Source: Fimbriosthenelais zetlandica
Lineage: Eukaryota
Length of the DNA: 64,000 bases
Direction of reading: 5' to 3'
NCBI GenBank assembly: GCA_977030845.1
Contig: OZ365114.1
Coordinates: 22,692,001 to 22,756,000 of the forward strand
Part shown: positions 51,789-64,000 of the stretch, one piece after another
Layout of the letters: every line of letters begins with the position of its first letter
Position numbering within the stretch: position 1 is the first letter of the stretch
Translations under genes and position numbers: made by a program
Notes under the pieces: model-generated
Told to the model about the DNA's origin: nothing
The model's database searches: none
The model's input: the letters and a program-made list of their open reading frames with translations, nothing else

Positions 51789-54700
51789 CTGAAGAAGAAA
51801 AAACTGGTAAATATCATTACGATGGCCAGCATGGCATGCAATTCACATCTCTGTCTTTTTAAGCTCTTCACATTCTCAACTCTAGAGAGTTTCGGAGCCC
51901 TCTGACTGCTACAGGAATAGAATATTTCTGAATCAGCCCATTTTGTTTTTGTTATTGTGTCAGCAGTGGCATTTTTTAGAGGAGCTGGCTGAGGAGCAGC
52001 TCTGTAGTAGGGCCCAGTGAGTTCATTTGACCACTATTGATTGCCGGAGATCCTATCGAAAAGGCGAGGCCTAGGAGGGGGCTGGAGATTAGGCAAGTAA
52101 AAGTGGGACTATCGATTAGCAATCTGTCTGATAAACACTACTGACAGGTCCCCATATTTGTAATGACCAACGGAGCCAGGGTATGCACCATAGGAACTCA
52201 CAAGCCTCAAGCCACTCTCTATCCTCAGCCTCAGCCATTTTGAAACATAAAAGCCATACTTCTGAAGCTATGTGATGACCTCCACCTCCTCTAACTCTCT
52301 TTTTGTGTGATATATTGCAAATTACCACCATCATCTCTACTACATACATGTGTTACCATGGTTTTTCAATCTCGCAGGTGGACACATAAAGTTCCGATTA
52401 AAGTTCAACACACAATCAAGATTTTTATACCAACATTTTTTCATGTATTGCTATAATTTTGCAATGATATCAAGGTGATCCCGGATACGAATATGGACTA
52501 CAAAGGTAAAGAAAATCCTGTCTTAGTGTGTCCTTAATACTCAGACGAAAGCGAAAGCATACTCTGAGGACCAACCTGGGGTAGTAGGAATATATGCATC
52601 TTAGAGGAGTAGCCATAGAGACATAAACTTTCAGATCAATATGGATCGTTGAATGGATCACCAGAAGATTCCCTCAATCCCCTCCGTGATAAATTTATCA
52701 GACGGCATCAAGCAGAAAATGAAAGACTCAATGGAAAGTAATTGATCTATTGGTTCATAAATCAATTTTATGCTCCTGTTTAGCATGGTTTATGTACCTT
52801 TCCCATGGGCATGTTGAGCAAGCTGTCAGGACAGATGTTTTGAGGAGGAAAAAGCACATAATGCGACCCACAACATCGAGATCACCCCCATTTATATTAC
52901 TTTGCATACATCCTTCAAAAGATGGCATGGAGGAATGGCAGTGCCTGAAGGGTGGGTGTGTTCCATTTACATGGCTGTCAACATAAAAGTGAAAGTGATT
53001 CCCTGCTTCAGTGAAAAGCATGGGGACGTGATGAGGAATTTGACAAGACATGATGATGTGTACATTCATCATATTGTAAAAACATTAAATGTTCATACTG
53101 GAATCTCTACATCTGACCAATCATCCCAGCTGATTGCAGACCACAATATTTGAAGTCTGTTCCAAACTTTGAACGAGCAATTGAGACCTTTTTTTATCAC
53201 AGACAGAACTTCAACAATTCCCCTTTAGATACTCGAGAGATGCATGTATATATGGGTTAAAAGAGAAGTTTCTAATTCCTTAGCATGCAGGGAAACAGGT
53301 ACAGAGAAAAAGACCACCTGCCTTCGCGGACAGTACCCAATGAAATCATTAAATATTCTCAGAATAGAACGTAAAAAGGACTTTACGAGAGTGATTTGAT
53401 ACCTTGCTTCATTATGACTGCGAAATTAAAAAAAAAAGAATTATAGGAAAGCAAAAAAAATGGAAGTAGTGATAAGAGATAGGCGATGTGTCCATGCACC
53501 TTGACTGCATGTACAGCTGTATAGCTCACAGAACGGGCCCACAGAAGGGTAAACCTTGCCATCCAGAAGGTTCCATGATGGCTCAATAGTTCAGGGGAAA
53601 CTCAGCACTGTCCATACACAATTTTTAAAGCTGGCTTTCTGGAAGGTAAGGGCATGCCTGCCAGAGGAGCCAATGGGAGTGATGGAGCGCCTTCCTGGCC
53701 TGCACATTGGCGATACATGAACCGATCAAAAGAAGACAGTTTCTATTGTGCCACCGAGGTCATCCATTTAGGGCAAGACCACCAGGGTAAATAACAAGTG
53801 GCATATACAATCGCCAAGGTAAACCTCAGTCTAGGCATTGGTGGCAGACATATTTCTTCTGTCTGCTAAATGCACATTGTTTTACATTAGGGTTAAGTAA
53901 GAGGGGTGAAAAGGGGGATATTTTACCATGCTTATATTGTTGGAAGGATATTGCTTATTCATGGGGAACTGGGTTTCGCAAGGTGGCGGAAAACATATTC
54001 ATTTGACCTGTACGAAAGACAAATCACAGGGTCAAGGCTACAGTAACTGTTGGTCAAAATGAAGGCATATCCAGAGAATTCTGTTTGGATGACAATCGAA
54101 GAGGGACCAAACTTTAAAACAGAACCCAATTATCATTTTACTGAATCTCTAGAATGAGAAAATTCTCTATGAGTCTGAATGTGATTATTGGAGTAGTAGG
54201 CCGTCTAGATTCTTAATGAAGTTCACATGAAGGCTATGCTCTATTTCGGGATAATAATAATAATCAAATACACAAAGAGATGGAAAGATTCCCTTAATTA
54301 TCAACAAAAATACTAGCTTCATTAAGCTTGAAGTGGTTAAGTACAGTAGTGTAGTTAATCCATGATAAAGCTTGCAATTCCTCTAGGAAATGATGACAGA
54401 TTAGGGTAGAGTATTCTTTTCTTAACAGTTTTTATCTATGTATACCCTTGTAAGCCCTTATTTGTACCCAGTTTGCGACCTCAATCAATGACGCTCCTCC
54501 TCATTAATTATCCAAGGCCTTTCTATAGTGGTAAGAAAATATTATCATGCTGTAAGAATATTCACGATATGGCGAGAGAGCTGCGCCTGGCCTCATCCCT
54601 TGCAGGACTACAGTTAGCGGGATTTAGGGTCAGCTTTCTTACCATTTATCACAGAGGGGAATGTAGCGAGTTAAAGATTGATATTTCTCTCATGTATTCA

Positions 54701-54877
54701 CCTGTGCTTTGCTTTAAGGGAGTACAGGTCTATGTGCATTCTGTCCTTTTCAGGAACACAGTACTCATATCCAGACATGAAGTCAGCAGCTGAATACCAA
54801 GTAGATAAAAGAATATCAATCATCCAGCTCAGTGTGGATCACAAATGTCCACCCACTGAGCAGCTCACATTACTTAC

Positions 54878-54944
54878 CCTACATTTACATGATCCTGACA
54901 TTTCATTGCTAAATCCAAGGCCCTTTCACAATGGAAGAGATGCT
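54878..54944 (-). CDS. Exon (67 nt, phase 1->2) EHLFHCERALDLAMKCQDHVNV
   Basis: Acceptor gcttctatttcgacAG and donor GTAAGT. Phase-compatible. Confidence 0.65.
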
Positions 54945-57900
54945 CTGTCGAAATAGAAGCAATGAGCAATTCAGTTCTCGTTAAGAATACATGAGTACGC
55001 AAAGATGAACATATAGAGGTTATCCTTGACCAGTCACTCATACTGTTCAGAACAAAAACGGTTTCATTTAAGATAACTTATAGCGGTGCTTTTTGCTGTA
55101 AATGAAACCATGCCCTTTTTTTTTTGTGTGACGTTAAGGTATTTGAGCGAGTTCACATAAAAAATTGTCTAATGGTCCTCGAGATATTTATCACACAGGC
55201 AGCCATTTCATGTACAAACATTTTGCCCGAGATTAAGAGCTTGGTACACTTTCCAAGCTGATGGTAAAAGATGTACAAATAAATGAGCATTTAGACCTTA
55301 AACGGACAGAAAAGTAAAAAAAAATCTCATATCAAATTTCTATGCATCTTGATTTGAAATTTAAAAGAAAAATCCATGAGGAAACGACACTCTTTGTATT
55401 GAGATTATGGTTGGATACTAAGTCACACAAGATGAAATTGATATTGTTATCTAAAAGCTATGCATATATATTCCCTTTAAGTTATATAATTACAGACCAG
55501 TAGCAATTTTGATGATTCTGCATTTCACATGAGATCAAAAGCAGAAGCGTCTCTGAGTATCTGATCTGAACTGACAACATTTGCCCTCGGTGTTCTTGTA
55601 AAACAAGAGAGATTAGGAAACCTGTCAGTAGATGTTAATCCCCAAACAGGTAATCCTTCAGTAAACCTGCTAATCCTATAATTAAGTTGCTGGAGGAGGA
55701 TGAAAGACTTGACGCCTGGCCATGGACGACTATAGATACCTGCCCTGTTCTGACCACTATGTAAGCCTTGAGGATAGATCCTTTAGTAGAATACCAGTTG
55801 TCATGGGAACGTGTCAAGCTGGATCGGCTGTCTGAGCAGGGAAGATCTAAGGAAGACTGGCGGGGAGATCAGAGAGACAGAGATGTGGACTAGAGATTAG
55901 CCATGGCTCTCACACAGGGATTAATACATCTGGGCCATCCTTGCTGGTGGCTGGTCTTGTGTGGCTGTCCCAGGGAATGAATGATTAGACATCAGCTTTG
56001 TAGTTGATGCCGGAGCTTTTGAGGAGGTTCAAGGGGACCAGTGGTGAAGATTGTTCAATTCTATTAGTACCCAAAATGGCTGGTTTTACATTATACAGAT
56101 AATGTTTTTTCTATGTACTTATGGAATCTTCCGATCCCAAACGTCTGATCAGATTCTCAATGAATGTCCCATTTGTATATATGAGAAAATTAAATGTCTG
56201 CTCCATACAAAATAAGTGCAAGCAAGGTAAATACAAGAGTATGCAAAACCATGGTAATCTACGACACCTAATGCCTACCATCGGATCACGTGGTTGCTAT
56301 GACCTAAGGTACTAAAGGACTTCTTCCTATTCACAGAGGCTCCTCAGATCCTCTGGTTTATGTTCTAATTAATTCCAACAACAAAGAAAGGCTACCTCTC
56401 CTCCGCAGGAAGAATGGATCTCTTTTTGATTTATGCAGAGAAACATCTGCCATTAACACAGGGGGAAATAAAGTTGTTCCTCACACGTATAGGCTAGATT
56501 ACATTATGGTAGTTACATCAGAGCATTAACTCCTTTTAACATCTCATTACGAAGATTATCTGAGAATAGATTACGTTACTAAAGGGGATCAGTCAAGAAT
56601 TGTTAATTTAAAATATTTATTCGCAGTTTAAATCAACAGGATGAAAACCTCTGAGGTATCGTCTGGAAAAGGGCAATGTGATATGTGAGACACTGACACT
56701 GCGTGATAAACAATCAAAAATGGTGACTTGTTGACATCATATATCCTGACCTTTTGGCCTGGATCTGTGCCATTATAGAAGCCAGCCGCAGGCGTTTTCA
56801 ACTTTTCATCAAAGCTGCATCTTACAAACAAGCAAGGTAACCCAATACATGGAGTTATATAGGCAAACTTCATCGTGCATATATCTCTCTCACTTGCATG
56901 CCCAGGTGTGAAAGAAACAATTGGCAGGATAGCGGGTTACAGTGATTTGTTCTACATCCATATGCAACACTTATTAGCTTGAAGATAATCACCAATTGTA
57001 GTAGGCGGCTTATCTTTAAAAATACTTTTTAATAATAGAACCTTTATTAAGAGTCTGAACAGCCCATCTTTACCACGAGTATATAGTGTCTCATTTCAGG
57101 AAGGTAATCACAAGATGTTTTATCTTACATGAGTCTTTTTAAAGTCATGTACATATGGAAAAGTGATGGAGAGAAAAAATATGAAAATGTATTCATTTTT
57201 TTCACAGCGCAAACAGCCTGACCCAGTCGTACCATATAGTGACCCTTTCTGGACCTTCTCTCGCACCCCCACCCCCAACAAGGTTTTTATCAAAGATTTC
57301 TGGTTGATGGGACCCTCGCTGCTATCTGACATGGTGATCACATCCATACCATTACACGTCCTATCCCCGTATAAGCTTCTCTCCTCCACTCTACCAAACT
57401 CCACGTCTGATACATCCAGTACCCTTTCCATTCAAACTCCCATATTCTCCACCCCTCCCCTATACCATCCACCAGTCACCTCCTCCTATTCCTGCCCACT
57501 CCTGGTCCGCAAAAACTCCCCCATCCATTTTCCATCGATGTGTTCAAACTGGCTTCTTGGCAGCCCAGGACTTTTAAATCTGAGCGCTACACACCTCAAG
57601 AGGGTTTATCCATCATGTCACCCTCGTGTATTGTGGCACAAGCAACAAAGAGCGAATGAGCAGCACAGATCTGATTTTTTCCCTTCCTGATGTTCAGCAG
57701 CTTCCACGAGTGCTTTTAGAAACCCTTTGTGAAAGTTGCTCTTCATTTCATCATGGGAATAGTAAGAGAGAAGGAGCTTGACCATGCCACAAGGCTTATG
57801 TTGTTGGTCAAGGGTCCATCAAAGGCTATAGCCATACCATGTCGATATCAGGCGAGCCTTAAATAGCATCCATAGCATTACTCATTGGATTATTGAACAC

Positions 57901-58571
57901 GTCTATATCATCTCTGACAAGCATTGGAGCCAGCGGGATTGAGGGGTGGGGGTATTCGGTAAAGTTTCCACATGGCAGAAATTGAAACACACAAAAAACC
58001 CAGACAGCACAGTTTATAAGAAGTGGAAAAAGAAGAAGACAGATGAACAGATTAATCTTTTAAGGGATTGTCCCATATGAGACTTCTATGTCATTGTGTT
58101 TCATAATGGAGTAATTCAAAACATAACAATGAAAAATCGTATAAGTTTATCATCCATGGCACTGCTATCCCTTGTGGTCCATAAGGAACAATTTTTATAT
58201 CAATAGTTATGGATACAGGGATATTTCATATTGGCATTACGTTAATGGTCTCCGCAAGGACTTGTAACCATTTCATGAGATTAATTCTTGGTTGTCATTG
58301 TTTATAATCTGAATCATAAAACCTAGGAATGTGTAGGTTATAAACTGGGTTAAATGATATAGTCAGTGTGAAGCATCAGCCGTTATGCTTTAATCAAGAT
58401 TTGATACAAATACGTACCATGAGAAAATATTAAGCATCATGCCAATTTGTTTATAAAGTCCAGGCCATTGCTTCATTGTTTCTACATAAATTTGTTTCAG
58501 GCCCGTATACAGGAATATATTAGTGGGTGGCTATTTTGAGAATTGTGGACCATATCCAACAATTTTGCCAC

Positions 58572-59075
58572 AGAATGTGGACCCGCATGCACCCCAGTCC
58601 ATGTAGGTGACTGGGCATCTGTAACCCCAGCCCCTTCCTGTGTGGGGAGGTATAGGACAACATGGATAAAACTTTGCAAGAATTGCAAATCATGAAAATC
58701 TAGCAGATATTTCAAATGACTTGGTCCATTAGTTGGATACCTACCAGGGATCATTGCCTGGTGATTCTTGCACGTGGAACTTGTCTACAAGATTATCAAC
58801 TGAAAGTGCATCAATTGCTGCTAGAAACTGATATGTTGCCAGAATCGGAAAGCAAGAGCAAGCAATTGGCATCTCTCATAGGAGAATGTTAACCCGCATG
58901 CACCCCAGTCCATGTAGGTGACTGACCCCAGCCCTTTCCTGTGTGGGTATGTATTGGACAACATGGATACGAAACTTGTCAAGAATTGCAAATCATGATA
59001 ATCTAGCAGATATTTCAAATGACTTGGTTCATTTGTTGGATACCTACCAGGGATAATTTCCTGGTGATTCTTGCA
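58572..59075. repeat. Two diverged ~200-bp direct repeats (58572-58772 and 58883-59075)
   Basis: Both copies share ACCCGCATGCACCCCAGTCCATGTAGGTGACTG...CAAGAATTGCAAATCATGA...GGATACCTACCAGGGAT...CCTGGTGATTCTTGCA. Confidence 0.9.
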
Positions 59076-59819
59076 GTGATTCTTGTAATTTCTTTTTATG
59101 TTCTAGGGAGAGGGTAATTTGCAGTTGTGGGTTGTGGCTGCATGCAGGAGAGAGAGGATGAAATATATGGAGGACTGTACTGTTGGAGAACATGGAATCC
59201 CTATCGATTTATAGCACAAATTGTGGAAAATTTGAGTCACACTTTCAACTTTCTTATAATTTCATCCATCGATCTCAAAGAGAGAACCTTTCAAAAGTAT
59301 CATATCAATCTTCTCCAAGACCAGGGGACTGTAATCCTCGTCCACAGGATATCGATATCAACAATATGATGTCCCGTCCTGCTAAAAGGAGCATAGATTT
59401 AAACCTGATGGCGAGAAAAGAATCCCTACTGTAATCCCTGTTTATGGACATTTTATAGAGATCTACTCCACACGTATTTACACATAAAACAAAGATGGCT
59501 GACAGTTTTTAATTTCCGATTAATCTTTTCGCGCCAATATCATTATAAATCCAAGGATATAGTCAACTGTGAACTGCGATAAGAATTAGCAAGCAATAAA
59601 TGCATCGATAAAATACCACTATAGAACGAATGTCATTTCGAACAGCATACAAATGTCCTAGTTCTTTGGATACAAGGAGTTACATTCATTACCATAGAAT
59701 TACATGTAAATGAAAGTTATCTATATAGGAAAAAGTGTATAAATCTTCCCCAAATGATATATAGATATTGTAATCGCTTTATGGCATGTGTATCCCTCCT
59801 ATAGCCGCTTCCCCAAACC

Positions 59820-60030
59820 TATACCGTCTTTAAGCTGAGACAGATGGTGAAAGGTGGACCCCCAGGAACATATTTCTTCCATTTGGCCTCCGTTTCAAAA
59901 GTCATAATCTCCCACATCTGCTTTATCTGTCCTCCACCCGCAACAAGCACATTTCCCCGGCTTCTCCTTGGCTGAGGCTTGACGGCCTCCAATGCCATCA
60001 ATGAAATTCTGGCTCCTGAGGTCAGCATGT
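59820..60030 (-). mobile_element. Possible RTE-like LINE 3' remnant
   Basis: RISLMALEAVKPQPRRSRG resembles the RTE C-terminal ALEW.P.G.R.RGRP motif. Weak. Confidence 0.25.
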
Positions 60031-60758
60031 GGAACTATTAGTAGACAAAAGTAAAGATAAGATAGGCATTATTGATACAGGGCCGGGCCTATTGTTAAAT
60101 GCCTATGTCAATACATGGGCAGAATTTAGTGCAACAGAATGGCTGCCTGTAACAGGATCCATTTGAAAAAGAGTTATCTTCACTTTCTATCTATTCTTTT
60201 AGTGATCATTTGTCATCCATCTCTCTTTCTCCCTGACCCTACACTAAGGGTTGCCCTCTATTTGTTTCGACGGTTAGTTGGAAAGCTGCAGAAACAATGC
60301 CCTTGGCACATTCACACGTATGCTTTCTAAAACTATGATCGCAAATCAATCAGCCAATCATTTAAACCGCCAAAGCATTGAACTCCCCCACCCCAATGGG
60401 GCTTTCCTTAGCACGGATTCAATCTTCCTGAATAAACTATTTTTCCAGCTTTTGTTTAGTTTCATTTCCACTCAAATAATGTTGCCTGTAGGCAGGACAC
60501 GACCAAAACAAAAGTGCTTTCTGGTTGAATTGAAAACAAAAAATCCTAGGGCAAAGCGGGGTGCATTTCTCCCCAGATATCGTATACCTAATAAATTGTC
60601 ACCTCATTTTGTATAAATCTTAGTAATGCCAATTATGGGACAATTATTTTTTTTAACTTTTCCAATTTGAGAACGCACCAAGCAATTTACTGGCTGTATA
60701 ATACATAATTTCTCGTACAACAATACTGATGTGAAATCTCTGATTCATTGTTGCTTAC

Positions 60759-60786
60759 CTTCCATACACTTTACAAAGATTTCTGT
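60759..60786 (-). CDS. Micro-exon (28 nt, phase 0->1) TEIFVKCME
   Basis: Acceptor ctgcatttttgtAG and donor AAG|GTAAGC. Joins EHLFHCERAL in frame. Confidence 0.58.
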
Positions 60787-63389
60787 CTACAAAAATGCAG
60801 TTTATAAATCACTCACTTATTTGCCATTACCCATTGTCTGGGACATAATAGAAGACATGGCATTAATTGCTAATTGAGATTGAAAGGTGCACTATAGTAA
60901 TGTAACAAGGACAGGATTAGCGACTGACAGATTATCAGACGGCCAGTAATTCACGATAAAATAGAAAGAAACAAAGCCTTACATTTAGTGTGAATTAAGC
61001 CTGCATGATGACCCTAATGTAACACGTTTCAGGCCTTTAAGTACGTTATATTTCTGACAGTAATGGTACTGGATCTCGCCCGATGAATTCTGAACGGTAA
61101 TCAATCCTCGGTGCCCTTTTTGTCCATCCACCAGCACCTGCTACCATTTCGTTAAATTGTAATTCGAGTCAATTTTCTCAGCAACATTTAAATCCCCAAT
61201 AACTCAAGAGAGAAGAAAGGGAAAAGAGACTCAGTGTATAAGAATCGTTTGATCAAAGAAAGTGGTATGGGAATTCTATCATACAATGGCCAATACTGGA
61301 GTCTTGTAGTATTCCCTAATTAATTACAACATTCTCCATTACTATCATTCACACTGAAGCTACCTTAAAATGAAATGTGATTATCATTTCAAAGCAAGGC
61401 AAGCCTCCATGTGTTAAGATCGAGGGAGTGGATGTAGTCACTAATAACACTTGCCACATCATCCAATTTATTGTGTATAATTGTATAAGACGCTGCCTGT
61501 CCATCACGGATATTGCTCTATAACAAGCGGTGCAATACCAATGCTGTGTCTTGTTTCAATCAGGGACCATGGCACCATGAGGACTATGCTGATCAAGGTG
61601 GTCTGTTTGAACCTGTTGGATCACGTGCCTGGCACGGGATTTCATGTTAAGCATTCATAATGCAGGCGGTCTGAGTGGCATTCCATCAGCATAACCAAAT
61701 TGAAAAGTCAACGCAACAATGCCCTTCTAAATGCAAATGGGCGATTGGTGAACTTTTCAGTCTAATCGGCCTTGATGACAGTGGTCCAGACCCTGGCTGT
61801 GTTTATCTCCAGCATCCAGTCACTGCTTGTCACCTGATATCAGCAGGGAAGAATCAATTGCATTTTAATTCCCTCCCAAGCTATGTCTCTGGAGGCCATT
61901 TTGTATGTTAAGTGGAGAGCTATCCCCGGGTCAGTTTGGCTAGAGCAGGGAGAAGCAGCCGAGTGGAAAATCAGTGGTAAACTGCTCCATTTTGCTGTGA
62001 ATCAATGCTTGACCAGCTGCTCCAGTGATGTCATTGTGGGGACGACACTTGTGGAGGTCTCCATGGCAATTATTGCCTTCCCCCTTAAGGCGTGTCTCCC
62101 TCTCTCTAGCAGGCCAATTGCCATAGGTTCTAGCCACTCCCCAAGCCGCCTTCAACATTGACAAGTACTTCTAGCAAAGGAAGTCAGGGTGGTGACAGTG
62201 TTTGTCATTCAATTCCCTTAGAGGCTGGCCTTCCTGGGAGGGCCAGATGTGTGCTGTGGCAATCATGGCTGGGATTGGGATATCGATAAGGCGCACCTCG
62301 TCAATGCTCGACCCCCCTGATAGGTGCTCAATACTCAACTCAAATCCATTATTTTTATTGGGAATATTGACGTGAGGTATTATCTAGTAGTGTATTACAT
62401 TTGAAACGATATTTGTTTCAGACGCGGTCACTATCCAGAACGATACTGTTGTATATCATATATATATATGGATGTTCTTTCATCAACGGCAAATTTCAGC
62501 ACACATAAATGCTGATATTTGATTGATGATGACAAAGGTAAAGCCTCATTCTGTCAGTTATTGTAGAGACATTTCGGATGACGTATTTAAATATACGGAT
62601 TACTTTCAAAATGAAAGTCTAGCAAGTGTATGTGTGTGGAAGTCGGGGCAATGGCTCGCATTAACCACTTGGTTAGTCAATACTCGCAACCGATCTGCTA
62701 GTACACCCTGTGGACCTATTCCAATCCACCATTTCCTACGTAATGAGGGCATCTACAACAGGAAATCTTTAACTGGTGCTCAAAAAAACGGTCCCGGGAC
62801 GGCAATAAGATCTTGTAAAAGTGGCCACATTGAGATTTGTACATATTCTGGGTGGGTGATCGGAGCACCAACAGTCTGAGTCCAGCGGGGGCTCTTCATT
62901 CCGTAATACCGGCCTCGCTTATAATATTAAGTTTAATGTAAACCTGAGAGGGCTGGGGTTGTAAAGAATCATGTGGGTTTCACAAGAGGATTTGAGGTTT
63001 GAAGGGAGTTATAGAGGGAGGCAGAATTCTCCCTGCATGGTTAAAATATAACTTAAACGATAGACTCTATCATCAATAGTTCTCAAGAGCCCAAGGGCAT
63101 ATAACAGTATAGTAAACTTTGATAGAAAATATGAGAGAGATGGTATCATAAAGATTAGAGGGATATAATGGTACATGTACTGTACAGACATTATACATGC
63201 TCAAAACTGAGCATAAATAAAAGGCTTGGTTGCTAAGCTATTACTGCCTAGATGTAGGGCAGAGTATCTAGATAACATGGTTGGATACTTTACCTAACAC
63301 GGTTAGTGTCAGTAATATCCTCCTCATGTCTCGAGATAACATGTTCTACCCTAAAAAGGCAATATTCCCTCCTATAATGGCTCCCTTAC

Positions 63390-63410
63390 CAGGTCGTTTG
63401 GCAAGCTCAA
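63390..63410 (-). CDS. Candidate micro-exon (21 nt, phase 0->0) LSLPNDL
   Basis: Donor CTG|GTAAGG is good and the acceptor aatgttcAG is moderate. Confidence 0.3.
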
Positions 63411-64000
63411 CTGAACATTGATCGGAACATATAATTTGAGAACTTTCAGGGATAAAAGGTAGAGAGGGCTTTAAGGTAATAAAACGATAGTGGGATTTTC
63501 TTCCCAAGCATACACCTAAAATATTCCATTGTTATAATATGTTCATAATCAGATGATCTTTTAAAACTTTAGAATTCATATGTTAAGTAGGCATGGCCAA
63601 TATGACATTCAAAACAATGTTGAAACAAAACATCATTGTGCCCGATGTACTGACATTAAGTGTACGATAAAGAAATAATGCGAAGCTCTTTGATGCAGCT
63701 TTCATTAAAAGGTAGAAAACCTATTGTTGTCATGACTGAATTATAATTCATTAACGTCCATTAATGCAAGTAGTTTGCACGCTAATTACAATGAAATTAA
63801 CAGACTATCAACATTCCGCAAATCAACACGACTTTAAAGAGAATGAATGATGAAATAGTTATAATTGAAATATAATAATATTGCACTGATAGGAGATGTT
63901 TGCAACAGGAGATTTTAAATGCTTCTGATCTCCATAATTCTCTGCAAGTTAAATAATAAATTCAATGGTCATAATATATGAGGGCATGACAAAGGACAAT

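Noticed and set aside
57163-57690. 175-aa plus-strand Ser/Pro/Thr-rich ORF
   Set aside because: The composition follows from a C/T-rich low-complexity tract and there is no recognisable domain.
60832-60838. 7-nt phase 2->0 micro-exon candidate just upstream of the 60759 exon
   Set aside because: It would need a 45-nt intron, probably below the usual minimum.

Overview
This is AT-rich eukaryotic genomic DNA with GT-AG spliceosomal introns and many decayed retroelements. It looks metazoan, possibly a marine invertebrate, but that is inference only. (1) 1-2365: the 3' end of an apparently intact Ty3/Gypsy LTR retrotransposon, with the integrase C-terminus (GPY/F motif plus a chromodomain-like module), a polypurine tract and a complete ~711-bp 3' LTR. 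(2) 10862-12243 (+): a two-exon, 346-aa type II membrane sulfotransferase of the heparan sulfate 3-O-sulfotransferase (HS3ST) family. It keeps most PAPS-binding motifs and the fold signatures but has replaced most residues known to be essential in 3-OST-1. (3) An unidentified minus-strand gene that the ORF track mostly misses. I assembled it by hand from about 16 phase-compatible exons (12 of them 43 nt or shorter) spread over ~54 kb (63410 to 9850), with a possible terminal exon at 7753-8038. The sulfotransferase is nested antisense in one of its introns. (4) Two abutting 50-bp and 60-bp palindromes (A-A'-B'-B) about 70 bp upstream of the sulfotransferase ATG. (5) A ~1.07-kb MITE-like element with 17-bp subterminal repeat arrays, several LINE remnants and small repeats. 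I found no rRNA, tRNA or CRISPR array. All exon calls come from reading splice signals and phase by eye and need RNA evidence.
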